Assembly (NCBI GenBank): GCA_052327205.1
Contig: CM126207.1
Span: 258,106,001-258,170,000 of the forward strand
Length of the DNA stretch: 64,000 nucleotides
Source: Somniosus microcephalus
Taxonomy: Eukaryota
Reading direction: 5' to 3'
Shown: positions 24,731 through 37,950 of the stretch, piece by piece
How positions within the stretch are numbered: the stretch's first letter is position 1
Layout of the letters: every line of letters starts with the position of its first letter
The notes under the pieces: model-generated
Told to the model about the DNA's origin: nothing
The model's database searches: none
The model's input: the letters and a program-made list of their open reading frames with translations, nothing else
Position numbers and translations under genes: made by a program

Positions 24731-25304
24731 TATATTCTCAGTGAACAGTCAAGAGTCACATCCAACATCTTTTTCTTTACCATCTTTGTTAATGAACACC
24801 CCTTTATTATGTATCCACAGGTCACAATGCACAGAACTGCCAGGCAAAGTTCTTCTGACTGGTTACATATGTTTGGAGCTCTGAAATGTTCCCAGGAGGC
24901 CTTTGCGCACCTTCGGTCACCCCTTTTAATGTGTACATATATTTCACATTTCCTGTTCCTATTTATATAACTTTATATTTATCCACATTAAAATTCAGCT
25001 ATTATTCCTTAGCCCTCCCACTTAATTTATCTGGATCTCTCTGAATGTTGACAATCTCTTCTATACTAAACTCACCTATATAACTTGACGTAATCAATAC
25101 ATTTTAAAATATTGCTGGAACCACTTTCCTCCATGTTATTTGTGAATAGTATTTGTAGACAGTCGGACTATTTAAAGGACAGACTTCTGTTAAAATCCAA
25201 AGTTACTGCTCCCTAACCAGAGCGTTGATCAATTAATATTGAAATTCTGGTTTCCATTATCAGGCCAATTTTCAATCTAAGGAGCTAATTTGCCATTAAT
25301 TTCT

Positions 25305-25615
25305 TCGACAGCACCTCCCAAACCCGCGACCTCTTCCACCTAGAAGGACAAGGGCAGCAGGTGCATGGGAACACCACCACCTCCGGGTTCCCCTCCAAGT
25401 CACACACCACCCTGACTTGGGAATATGTCACCGTTCCCTTATCGTCACTGGGTCAAAATCCTGGAACTCCCTACCTAACAGCACTGTGGGAGTACCTTCA
25501 CCACACAGACTGCAGCGGTTCAAGAAGGCGGCTCACCACCACCTTCTCAGGGGGAATTAGGGATGGGCGATAAATGCCGGCCTTGCCAGTGATGCCCACA
25601 TCCTGTGAACAAATT
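25305..25615 (+). mobile_element. LINE 3' end (CR1/L2 group), same family as 58583-59070
   Basis: High similarity to 58583-58629 plus 58812-59070. Ends GGCCTTGCCAGTGATGCCCACATCC. Confidence 0.7.
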
Positions 25616-25800
25616 TTTAAAATTCCAGATTCCTATTTAAAAGCATTTTATATAGAACTTTATCAAATGTCTTTTGAAAATCCATGTAAAACATATGCAC
25701 TGGAGACTCCTTCTCAGCTAAGTTAGTTACCTCCTCAAAGAATTCCGGTAAATTTATCAGGCATGTCCTATTGCTTCTAAAACCATGCTGGCTACTGCTG

Positions 25801-26260
25801 CAACAAAAGCAAAATACTGCGGATGCCGGAAATCGGAAATAAAAACAGAAAATGCTGGAACTACTCAGCAGATCAGGCAGCATCTGTGGAGAGAGAAACA
25901 AAGTTACCATTTCAGGACGGTGACCTTTGGTCAGAACTGGAAGACGTTAGAGATGTAACAGGTTTTAAGCAAGTACTGTACAGGGGCAGGGAAAGGGGGG
26001 AGGGGAGAAAAGAACAAAAGGGAAGGTCTGTGATAGGGTGGAGGGCAGGAGAGATTAAATGACAAAAGGGATGTTGGTGCAAGGCAAAAGGAGATGGTAA
26101 TGGTTCAAGTAAAGAAACAAAAGATGGGTCTAGAGGAGGTGTAAATGGCAACAGCAGAACCGTTACCAGCACCTGCTGTTTGAAAAAATGGGAGCGGTGG
26201 TTATGATTTGAAATTGTTGAGCTCAGTGTTGAAGTGTCTAATCGAGAGATGCTGTGCAGT
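25801..26260 (-). mobile_element. Penelope-like element 3' fragment
   Basis: Similar to 23460-23900. Decayed hammerhead core at ~25902-25940. Confidence 0.8.
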
Positions 26261-27461
26261 TCCTTGAGATACTCCCTCTGGCTCCTACACTGTTCAGATG
26301 AACATTGATGACATCCCATCAACTGCTCTCAAGCATTCAAGTTGTTATGGCTGCTTTAGTCAGCTAGTTAACCTAGTTTGCCATTTAACTATAATTTGCA
26401 GATTAAAACTGAATACTACCATGTGTTATTTTCATCACAATTTCATACCATCCGAACTTTTCACAAAATACTTCTTTCTCTGTTCATGGAAACTATCTGG
26501 CTTTGCAGTAAAGTAAGTGAATTATATAAAAAGCAGACCATCAGCAATCAAGGTCAGTGGCTGTTAAGTATCACAGGGATCATCCACACAGTAGCACCTA
26601 ACATGGAACCTGTAAATTAACTTATAAAACTATGCAGTTTACGGAGCTATAATTTCTAATAAATGGAAGAGTGTAAATTACAGTGATATGTAAATATTAT
26701 AGCTAGAATGACATGGGATTTAGAATGTGTTCCATTTAGGATAACAGATTAGTTGGAACCTGTTACAGAGATACACAGGAGGGCTGAAATGATAAGGGAA
26801 GCTTGAGCACTTTATTTATTTTATTCAGTTTTCTTCTTGCAATTCACTGTTGGAGACTTGCACCGTCCTCTCCAGCTTCTAATATCTCCTCGCCGGCAGT
26901 TGTCATTATGGCTGCGAACTCTGGCTGTACAACAACAACAACTTGCAGTTACATATTGGGCTCGATTTTCCAAGCCCCGAGGAGGTGGGCATGGAGGTGG
27001 GACAGCACGTAAAATCGGAGAAATTGGGGGAGGGTGGCAAACCTGCCCCCATCCCGACTCTGTGCCCTTTTGCCAGGAGGCGGGAGGATGTGCAGCTTCG
27101 GGTCCCGTCTCCTGGAGGCAGGAAAGGCTTTTAATCCTTTTAACTGCCTGTTAACAGGTAATTAACAGGCAGAAAAAGGGATTAGTGCCATTTTACCTTC
27201 ACAGGTGAAGGCTTCCCGACCTCGGAGAACCCCGCTGGGTTGGGGAGACGTGGAGGAGGTCTGCGGTGGTCGGAGGCACCTGGAAGTAAGGTGTAGAGGT
27301 GAGTGATTGGTGCAAGTGTGGAGTGGTAAGTATGCAAGGTGAGTGATAAGTTTAAAAAAGTGTTCACTTACCTTTTTTTACTTCTGTAGCCTTTAGCCGT
27401 GCTGGATCGGGAGAGTGGACATCCACCTTGTCAATTTCAGGTAATGGCTGATGGACCCTCC

Positions 27462-30400
27462 TGTTGTATCCGTGTGTTAATGGAGACACGGAATGCAGGA
27501 GTTGATTTAACAAGTGTTTACTGAACAAAGTCTGGAGGTGAACTAAACTATACAAGACGCTATACAGGCTTATATACCCGAGTGGTCACTACCGGTACTA
27601 CAGTACACAAGGGCTTCAAAAAAACATAGTTCCTCTTAATTCCTCCCCTTTTGCACTACAATTCCTCCCCTTTTAGATAAATAGTACATAACATTTTAAG
27701 TAATCATTAATTAACATGTTTACAAGAACAATAATCTACACATTTGCTGAAGTTAATCAATTACAAATTTAGTCTCTCTGGAGGCTTCCTGACTCGGTCC
27801 GGATAACGCCTCGGTGGTGTAGTAGGTTTCGGTGGTGTAGTAGGTTCTTTTGGCAAGGTCGATTCGGCTTGAATGCCAGTGTTGGGTTCATCTGGTTCCA
27901 GTATCACCGGATCGGAGGTAGATACTATGGGTATCCCTGCTTCATCATTAGGCATATAGAGTTGTGGTGTAGGTTGTCCCTTTTCGGATGACTCTATGAT
28001 CTGGTCAGCATGGCGCCTTATTATGCTTTCTCCAATGTCCACGGTATACATCAGCGGTCCTAGTCGTGTGCAAATAGTTCCAGGCTGCCATTTCTCGGTA
28101 CGGTAGTCCCGGGCCAAAACTTGTTGACCTATCTGGAAGGTTCTAGTTGGCCTTTCATTCATGCCTTGAAATTGCCGGTTCTCTACGTCCCTTCTTATGT
28201 TTGGCTTGATCAAATCCAGCCGGCATCTTAGTCTTCTATTGAAAAACATCATGGCGGGGGTTTGGTTTGTAACCACATGTGTTGCATTCCTGTACGCAAA
28301 CAAGAAGTTATCTACCTTATGTTGTAGATTTATGTCTTCATTACCCATGGCCTTTATGGCCTTCTTGAAGGTCTGGACAAACCTTTCAGCTAATCCATTG
28401 GTGGCGGGATGGTATGGGGCGGACATGTAGTGCTTAACCCCATTGTTTTTTAAGAACTTCCTGAATTCTTTGGATACAAATTGCGGTCCATTATCAGAAC
28501 AGATCTGTTCAGGCAACCCATTCCTGGCAAATATGGTCTTTAATACTGTGATGGTTTTTTCCGTGGTGGTGGAGGACATCTTTATTACCTCCGGCCACTT
28601 GGAGTGTGCATCAACCGCGATTAAGAACATTGAGTCCATAAACGGACCAGCAAAGTCGATGTGTACCCTTTGCTATGGAGATGAGGGCCTCTCCCATGGA
28701 TGTAGAGGGGCTTGTGGTGGGGCGTTTTGGACCTTCTGGCATCCTAGACAGCTCTTGGTCATTTCTTCGATGTCTCCATCGATACCTGGCCACCACACAA
28801 ACGCTTTGGCTAAGTTCTTCATTTTCACTCCACCCAGATGCCCCTCGTGAAGCTCCTTTAGTACTTTATCCTGGAGTTTGGGTGGAATCACCACTCTGGA
28901 TCCACACATCAAGGTTCCTCAGCACACTGACAGCTGTTCTCTTCTTTGCGAGAATGCTGGCAACAGTGGTTCGCCATGTGCTGGCCATCCTTTCACCGTT
29001 AAATCGTAGACTCGTGAGAGAGTCGGGTCATTTCTCGTTTCCTTTTCAATGGTAGAATTTGTCACTGGTAGACATTCCACTATGGTCGAGTGGAACATCT
29101 CCACTGGGTCCACTGTAGGTGCCTCTTCTACCGTTGGCAACGATAGGCATGATAAACCATCAGCATTCCCATGCTGTTTTGTTCCTTTGTATTCTATGTC
29201 ATATTGGTGTGCCCCTAGGAAAAGGGACCACCTCTGTAGCCTTTGCGCTGTCATAATGGGAACACCCTTTTTAGGGTTGAATATGGAGACGAGGGGTTGA
29301 TGGTCAGTCAACAAGGTAAATTTTTGTCCGTGTAGGTAATGGTTGAATTTCTTCACTCCCCACACCAGGCTGAGTGCCTCCCTGTCGATCTGGGCATAGT
29401 TACGCTCAGCTGAGTTCAATGAGCATGATGCAAAAGCTATCGGCCGCTCCGAGCCATCAGGGAATCTATGCGATAATACCGCTCCCACGCCGTAAGGGGA
29501 TGCATCGCACGCCAGTCTGATTGGCAGTGATGGGTTGTAATGAGCCAACACTTCCTTGGACGTGATCAAGCCTTTGCATTTACGGAAGGCACGTTTACAG
29601 TCTTCGCTCCATTTCCAAATTACTCCCGTTTGTAGCAGTGCGTTAAGAGGGTGCAGAACCGTTGACAAGTTCGGTAAAAATTTATGATAGTAATTTATTA
29701 ATCCCAGGAACGACCTTAATTGTGAGACATTTTCAGGCGCTGGGGCTTTTATGACCGCTTCAATTTTTTCAGGTGACTTATGCAACCCTTCTTCGTTAAT
29801 GACATGGCCACAATATGATATTTGTTTCTGGAAAAATTCGCACTTGGGGCGATTTGCTCGTAAGCCCCGTTATCTCAGCCTCGTGAGCACCTGCTCCAAA
29901 TTGGCAAGGTGCTCGTTGTCATTTTCTCCTGTTACAAGGATGTCATCTAGGTAGCATTGAGTCCCCGGAATCCCTTGCAGGACTTGCTCCATAGCTCTTT
30001 GCCAGATAGCTGGAGCTGATGCTACTCCGAAAACCAGTCGATTGTACTGGTACAGGCCTTTTTGTGTGTTTATTGTGAGATACTTTTTAGAGGCCTCCTC
30101 AACCTCCAGCTGTAGCTATGCCTGTGCCAAGTCAATTTTGGTGAAACGTTTCCCTCCGGATAGTGAGGCGAAAATATCTTCTATCCTCGGAAGAGGATAC
30201 TGTACCGTGTGAAGAACCGGGTTTACAGTCACCTTGAAGTCCCCACAGATGCGAATTTTTCTCTGTTCTTCAGATTTATCATCATTCAACGTTTTCTTCA
30301 TGACCGGGACGATGGGTGTTGCCCACTCGCTCCAATCTACCTTGGATAACACGCCTGCTTTTTCCAAATTCTCCAGCTCTGCCTCGACTACTGGACGAAT

Positions 30401-32421
30401 TGCGTATGGCACCGGCCTTGCCTTAAAAAACTTGGGAATTGCCGCATCTTCCACTTTTATTGAGGCGGTGGCGCCTTTCAGGGTTCCTAGTTCCTGTTGA
30501 AACACTTCTTTGGCGTTGGCCAAGATGTCTTTTAATCGTCCAGGTATGACGTCATCATCATTTTTTTTCTTACTGGTCACCGTCAGTGCCTGAATGGAGT
30601 GCCAGTCTAAACATATCTTTCTGATCCATTCACGTCCCAACAACGGTGGACCACCATCTTGCAGAACGTATAAATACAACTTCTGTATTTCCTTGCCGTT
30701 GTATACAACAGGCACCCTTATTTTCCCTCTGGGGTATACTTTCTGCCCCGTATATGTCTTCAAGATAATGGATGTGTCTTTCAAAGGTATATGCGGAAAT
30801 AGCCGCTCGTAATCCCGTCGATTTATGACGGTCAGAGCTGATCCTGTATCTAGCTCCATTTTAACTGGGGACCCCGCTATCGTGAGGGTAACCCAAATGG
30901 TCTGGTAATCTTCTTTGGCAATTATATTATGTAATTTGAGACAGCTTAGTCTCTTGTTTCCGGAGTCGCTATCACTCTTCTGGTCTTCGGAGCTACTGTC
31001 CGTCATCATTTGTACCTTTCTGTACTTTTCCTTATTGACCTTTTTACTGTCAGTGGATTTTTTTCCAGATCGGCATACACGTGCAATGTGTCCCATCTTT
31101 CCACATTGCCTGCATGCTTTGTCCTTGAACCAGCAGTCCCTCTGGTCGTGGGTGGATCTGCCGCAGCGATAACATCTCTCGAAACTCCGTGTCATTTCAT
31201 GGGTGCCGAAGTCCTGTGGCTTTTGCTCTATCTCTGCAGCTCCTCTTGCTGCTGCTTCGTATGATACAGCCACACTGAAAGCCTTGTCCAGTGTCAAATC
31301 TTTCTCAGAAAGTAGCCTTTTCTGTGTTCCTTTGCTTAGGAGACCGCAGACGAATTTGTCTCGTAGAGAATCTGCCAGTCCTGCCCCGAATTGGCAGTGC
31401 TTTGACAGCTTTCGTAATTCGGTGAGGTAATCAGCGTTACTTTCATTCTTGTGCTGATTCCTCCTGAAGAATTTGAATCATTCCGCTATCAGCAGCGGTG
31501 TTGGGTTTAAGTGCTCCTGTAGGGAATCAACAATCTCCTTAAAATTCTTGTCCATCGGTTTGGCTGGAGTGATCAAGTTTCGTAACAGCCCGTATGTCCT
31601 TGCGCCCATCAGATTTAGAAGTACCGATGCCTTTTTATCATCCGCTACTTCATTCGCCTTGCAATATACCTCCACTCTTTCCACATATGTGGTCCAATCC
31701 TCTATATCACTATCAAAAGCAGTAATATTGCCAGTCTTAGGCATCCTGAAAATCAAAAATGGCGCCTCCCGCGCTTTCCCTTCTTCCCTGCCGAGTCAAA
31801 ATGGCGCCTCCCACGCTTTCCCGCTGCTGCCGCTGCTGCCAATGCTGTTCTCCGCGGTTTTTATTTACATATATATTTTGAACAGTTTCTCCGTCACTTG
31901 GAGAATCGTTCCCGTCGGACTCTCTGGGACTTTCCCCTCCCTCTACCTGGTCCGAACGCCGACCTGCTTTGCAGCGCCGGCCGTCTCCTGAGTGCTCCAC
32001 CCTCTGTCTCTGTTTGCTTCTGCCTTCCGACTCGTTGTCCGGCCCCGCTGCAGAGCCACATGATCGAGCCCCAGCCCGCCGCCCAGGAAGGATCAGTGCA
32101 CTACCTGCCACCAGCCCGTTTAGCTGGTGAAACCACAGTTTTTTTTTTCTTCGACCTTCGTCTGAGGAATCAATCTCCTTGAGGTGCTGCCGAATTGCAG
32201 GTAAGTCCGTTTCTAACTTGCCGCCACTGTTGTATCCGTGTGTTAATGGAGACACGGAATGCAGGAGTTGATTTAACAAGTGTTTACTGAACAAAGTCTG
32301 GAGGTGAACTAAACTATACAAGATGCTATACAGGCTTATATACCCGAGTGGTCACTACCGGTACTACAGTACACAAGGGCTTCAAAAAAACATAGTTCCT
32401 CTTAAAGGTACATACACTACA
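27462..32421 (-). mobile_element. Ty3/Gypsy (Mag-like) LTR retrotransposon, full length
   Basis: LTRs 27462-27660 and 32228-32421 (TG...CA), 5-bp TSD CCTCC, PBS-like TGGCGGCAAG, PPT AAAAGGGGAGGAAT. Confidence 0.95.
27761..31756 (-). pseudogene. gag-pol of Gypsy element 2: a single frame with five in-frame stops
   Basis: Two CCHC knuckles, protease LDTGS, RT YLDD, RNase H CDAS, integrase HHCC and SDNG. Stops at 31478, 30116, 29870, 28919 and 28673 all lie in one frame. Confidence 0.92.
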
Positions 32422-34441
32422 CCTCCGATCCATCAGATATCTGAAATTTACTTTTTTACAATGTTTTTTCAGTCCTCACCACAAAAACGAATCAAACTCA
32501 AGAGAATTTCAGTGTTTGACAGCTTCCCAGAGCTGTCAAACGCTGTCATTTCTTCTTTCAAGAAGTCTTGACAGATAGCACGTCTGACGTTGACGTGACC
32601 TGTCAGTGACTTCTTCCCTAATTGACTTGCTGAGCCCGCCGGGCGGGCTTAGCAAGCTCAATCAGGGGAAAATCCCTTTGAATGGTCAGGCGAGGATGGA
32701 GGCAGGACATTGACACGACAGCAGCAGTCCCGCCTCCAAGTCGCCTCCATTGACAAAATCCAGCCAATGTGTCTGTCATTTTGAAGAAAGTCTCAGAACA
32801 CTTTATAAAGCAGGAGTGCAGGACATTAAACAGGAGATAGATTGGTCAGGGTGAGGAGAGTGAAAATATGGGTGAGGGGGGGGATGAGTGGTAATGGCAT
32901 AAAAAGAGAGAAAATACTATTTGCCACATTGAGCCCACATTTCCCAACATACTGTGTACGATTTGCATTGTTATAGACTATTCTCGCCTTATTCCGTCTC
33001 CTGAATAAGCACAAGTAGAGCTTCCAAAAGACAATTCACTATAAACCATTTCTCTCTGACCCCTGATGGTGCTCAAGTGAAAACTCCAGGGTACAACCCA
33101 GAGTTCAACCCCAAGCAGTTGCATTCCACAGATTACATTCCTGAAAGACTAGAACTGCCACATCTGATAGATTATTTCTTCATCCATGTCAGTGCATATA
33201 ATCCTTATATTGCCACTCCCATTCTTGGCCAAATATTCTTGCAGCTCTGTTTTAAGCCAATTGATCAATGTAGCATTAATTGCTCTTGATTTGAGTATGT
33301 CCCGTTTATCCATTACTCTGTGGAAGTAGCTTATGCAGTTTAAGTTGTTGCTGACTTTTTTTTAACAATACCCAGTGGGACAATGTTGGCTTAACATGAG
33401 ATCAATTTTTTTAAATCATAGATAACAAGGGAATTTGCAATACAGCATACATACTGTAATTCATTGTGCCGTTGAATGAATGCATAAATGTCCAGGGCTT
33501 TCAGAAATTCTTATACGTATACTTAGGCAATTTGTTTTCTTGGAAGTAATCAAGTAGATACTTTTGGCTAATGCAATTATACATTCCTAGTTAATATATT
33601 GTAGGAGACTCATGGCGCAGTAGGCTAGAATATAATCACCATGTCTTGGGTCTGAGTTCTAAGAGATGAGATGAAAATCTCCTGTCTCAGTCAAGGGCCC
33701 TATGAAATAAGAACTGAAAGCCTCAACACAGATGTTAGTGGGTGAGAGTCTATGGTATAACATAGGCCACAAATTGGTACTAATTTGGCAGCATCACATT
33801 AGGGCTGAAATTACTCTTGGCACAGAGAGAATGGATTTAAATGAGAATTACTTTTTTTTCCCCTTGTTTAACTCACTCTCGGGACCACCTGTAAGTTTAC
33901 ACTGCGTGCTTATAGGGAGATTGGGTGTATTACAACAAGCTGTCACACGAAGAGCCAATCAAAACACGCGTAGCAACATGTGCTGAGGCACTTGATAACT
34001 AGCTGAACAGCCACTTGCCCAGTCAATCTGGCACACAGTGGGCTGATCCGGTTATAGGGTGTACTACTGTGTGAAAAAGTGAAGGGAAGGTGCAGCGGTG
34101 GTGTTAACACTGATGGGAGACACGGAGATAAGCTGAAGCCAGTTTTTCCCCTTTTTTTCTGTGCTTCTCTCTGTTTTCCTCCCAAAAAAACAAAGGAAAC
34201 TGGAATTTATTTTTTAAAACTATTAGTGTTTGTTAAGGCCTGTCAAAATCATGTGAATGCGCTTACCAAGAAATATGTGGCAATTTTCTGCTGGGGGGAA
34301 TGAAAATGACCAAAAAGGAATTAAAGCACTCACTGAGCTAAAGATAATTCAGTGATAGAGCAGCTTAAAGGCTTTGGTAGAGTATCTTTTCAATATGGAT
34401 TTTGCTAAATATGTTACAATATCTGATTTAGTGTTGCATTT

Positions 34442-35545
34442 GAACATAAGAACATAGGGCTGGATTTTGCCAGCCCTGGGGAGGCGCGTTTGGAGGCGGG
34501 GCTGCCGGGAAAATGGCAGTATTTGGGGGCGGGTGACCAACCCGCCCCCAACCTGCCTCTGTGCCATCTTCCCAGGAGGCGGGTTGCCGTCCCATGCCAG
34601 GTCCCGTCTTCTTGGAGGCGGGAAGGAGATTACAGCCACTTAACTGCCTGTTAACAGATCGTTAACAAGCAGATAAGAGGATTATCCCCATTTTGCCTAC
34701 ACAAATGCGGGCTTCCCGAAAGTTGCGAACCCCGCCAGGGTCAGCGAGGCAAGTATTGGGTCTGCAGGGGTCGGAGGGGTGCAAAAGTGCACTGTGAAGG
34801 TAAGTGATGGGTGCAAGTGTGGAGAGCTAAGTATGTGAGGTAAGTGGAAAGTGTTAGAAAAAGTTTACTTACCTTTGTTTCTTCCTGCAGGCTTCAATCG
34901 GTGGGTATGCGGAGAGTCTCGCACCTCTGCGGCAGAGATGACAGATGGCCGTTGCATTCTCCAATGCAACAACCATCTCATTTCTGCAGAAGAAAGATGT
35001 TTGATGAGGTCTTGAATTCAAGAACTCATCAAACTACAGAGAATGTCAGTGTTTGACAGCTTCACAGAGCTGTCAAACGATGACAATTCATCTGACGTTC
35101 TCTGTAACTGGCTTTCCCTTAATTGGCCTGTTAAACCCGCTGGGCAGGCTTAACAAGGTCATTCAAGGGAAAATAGCGTGGGTTGGCCAGAAGTTGATGG
35201 AGGCGGGACTGAAACCTGACAAGTGGGAGTCCCGCCTCCAAAAGCTCCCCATTGGCAAAATCCAACCCATAGGAACAGGAATAGGCCATTTAGCTCCTCG
35301 AGCCTGTTTCACCATTCAATGAGATCATGGCTGATCTGTGACTGAACTCCATGTACCCTTCTTTGCCCCATATCCCGTAATACCTTTGGTTAACAAAAAT
35401 CTACCAATCTCAGGATTAAATTAACAATTGGCCTAGCATCAATCACCATTTGCGGAAGAGAGTTCCAAACTTCTACCACCCTTTGTGTATAGAAGTGTTT
35501 CCTAATTTCATTCCTGAGAGGTCTGGCTTTAACTTTTAGACTATG
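34442..35545 (-). mobile_element. CR1 3' fragment whose tail is interrupted by a MITE
   Basis: AACATAAGAACATA|MITE|ATAGGAACAGGA, followed by the RKHFYTQRVVEVWNSLP region. Confidence 0.8.
34457..35268. mobile_element. MITE, probably PIF/Harbinger-type
   Basis: TIRs GGGCTGGATTTTGCC / GGCAAAATCCAACCC, 3-bp TSD ATA. Confidence 0.8.
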
Positions 35546-36759
35546 CCTAAAAAATCTAAAAATTAGAGCCAGACCTTTCAGGGGTGAAATTAGGTAGAAG
35601 AGAGCTACCGAGGAGTGCAGGTCCCACTGTAGATGAAGCATCTCCTCCACATCTGTCATCAAGGCTTTTATGCTGTTTACTGCACTGCGCTCACCGGCAC
35701 TTTAATCAGCTGAGCTGCCCTCGGCTCATGGGCACTTGAAACAGATCAGCAGTAAATTGTTGAAATCCAATGCAACGTGCAGCTGTATATTTCATTGTCC
35801 CTCACAGGTAATCAAAAGTTGCAAAGTTTGGATGATGTTGAAAAATTCCTACAAGTACAGGAAGACCAGAACTAACTAAGAACGTCATTGGCATATTATT
35901 TTCAATACAAACTATGCAAGCAGGCAGCGCATACCATTTTTAAACTTGATGTTGTAGTTTTCTGTTTTGCTTTCAATTTCAAAACACAGAGGTTTGTTAT
36001 ATACATGAAAGCAAGCATTTTTCTTCTGATGCCATCAAATTATAAATCGGTCTTTCAAAATCCAGAAATGGCCGTGTCAGTAAATCGGGATCCACATACC
36101 TCTGTTAGATTTCTTATAGTTTACTGCTCTCTGGAGCTGAATTAATGTTCTTGGCCTTTGAAGAGTTAAGTGGCTATTAAACCACTTGAGAAGCATAAAA
36201 TGAACATTATTGCAGACAAATCCTGATTGGCCAGGTTCTGACCAATGACTAATGAAATTCGATACACTCACCCAGCAGAAAACTGAACTAATTAACATTT
36301 CTATTCAATGCCATTAAAAGGAAACAAAAATGGTGAGATCAACACCCCAGTTTCTAAAAGCAGAAAACATTTCCATCCCCCCTAGTCACTTGGGACAATG
36401 GGGGCAATGTTAACCAAACCAGCCCAAGGTCGGGTGCAATGTTGGTTTTACAGCCTGCCCAGATTCACTCTCCATTGAAGTCAACGGAGAGTGAAATGGT
36501 CGCATTTATTTTCAACACCAGATTTCTGATTGGTCACCTTGGAGGACAAGACCTGATTTCTGATTGGTCCCCTTGGAGGACAAGACACAGCCAGCAGTTT
36601 ATTTGGAATGTGTAATTAGATCCTACCTACCTAAGTAATCAAGTACTTTGCAACGTGTAATTCGAGCCATTCTGACTGCCAGGCTCCAGACAGAATAGAG
36701 CTCACACAGAACAGACAGGGCTCACACTTGCAGGTTAAGACCATCTCCCAGCCCCCAAA

Positions 36760-37262
36760 CAAGTTCCTGCCCCCCACAACAAGTTCCTAACCTTCCTCAC
36801 CCACCCCCCCGAGTTCCTGACCTCCCCACAAATTTCTGACCTTTCCCACCCCCCTGAGTTCTTGACCTTCTCCCCTGCTTAAGTTCCTAACCTTCCCTCC
36901 CAGGTTCCTGACCATCTCCCCTGCCCGAGTTCCTGACCTCCCCTTCAGGTTTCTGACCTCCCTCCACCCAAGTTCCTGATCTCCCCCCGTCAAGTTCCTG
37001 ACCTTCTCCCTCTGCCCAAGTTCCTGTCCTCCCCCCTCCAAGTTCCTGCCCAAGTTCCTGACCTCCCCAAGTTCCTGACCTTCTCCCTCTGCCCAAGTTC
37101 CTGTCCTCCCCCCCTCCAAGTTCCTGCCCAAGTTCCTGACCTCCCCAAGTTCCTGACCTTCTCCCCCTGCCCAAGTTCCTGACCTCCCCACCACCCACCC
37201 AAGTTCCTGACCTTCACCCGGGTTCCTGACCTTTCCCCCCAACAAGATCCTGACCTTCACCC
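36760..37262. repeat. Minisatellite, core AAGTTCCTGACCT(C)n, unit ~17-24 bp
   Basis: More than 20 copies visible. Produces the repetitive GQEL/VRNL/SGTW ORFs. Confidence 0.92.
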
Positions 37263-37579
37263 CCCCCGCCCCTCCCCCCCCCCTAGATGGGGCATTATAT
37301 GTGGGTCATGGATTGTTAACAGGTTTATTGTGTATGAAGTGAATAGTGACAGTGTCATGACTTCCAGATTTCATCCAGTTCAATGCTGTCACTTGCCACA
37401 CACGCACCAAGCTTTCCAAGAAATCAACCAGGTCTAGGGGGAGGAGAGGGAGAACGTTGTGCGGGTGTAAATGGGGTGGGGTTGGAAGAACGTGATCCGT
37501 CTTACCATCTGGATCACGTTCTCGCTCTCATCTCCCCCTTTAGACCTGAATCACGTTCTTCCCCCATCCCCATTGTGTT

Positions 37580-37950
37580 CTCTGATCCTCTCTCTCCCCC
37601 TCCGATCCTCTCTCTCTCTCCCCCCTCAGATTCCCCCACTCTCTCTCCCCCTCTGATCCTCTCTCTCTCCCCCGATCCTCTCTCTCTCCCCCTCCGATGC
37701 TCTCTCTCTCCCCCCTCTGATCCTCTCTCTCTCCCCCGATCCTCTCTCTCTCCCCCTCCGATGCTCTCTCTCTCCCCCCTCTGATCCTCTCGCTCTCCTT
37801 TTCCGATCCTCTCTCTCTCCCCCCTCCGATACCTTCTCTCTCTCCCCTTTTGATCCTCTTTGTCACCCCCCCAAGCCTCTCTCTCTTCTCCCTCCGATCC
37901 TCTCTCTTCCCTCTCTGATATCTTCTCTCTGTCCCCTTTCGATCCTCTCC
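37580..37950. repeat. CT-rich minisatellite (GATCCTCTCTCTCTCCCCC-like)
   Basis: Direct inspection. Confidence 0.9.

Larger units (their letters stand above)
26958..32766. mobile_element. MITE (GGGCTGGATTTT TIR family) split by Gypsy element 2
   Basis: Halves 26958-27461 and 32422-32766 together are colinear with the intact copy at 34457-35268. Confidence 0.8.

Noticed and set aside
26402-26512. Plus-strand 111-bp segment with good AG/GTAAGT sites
   Set aside because: Two frames are open, neither is recognisable, and no partner exons were found.
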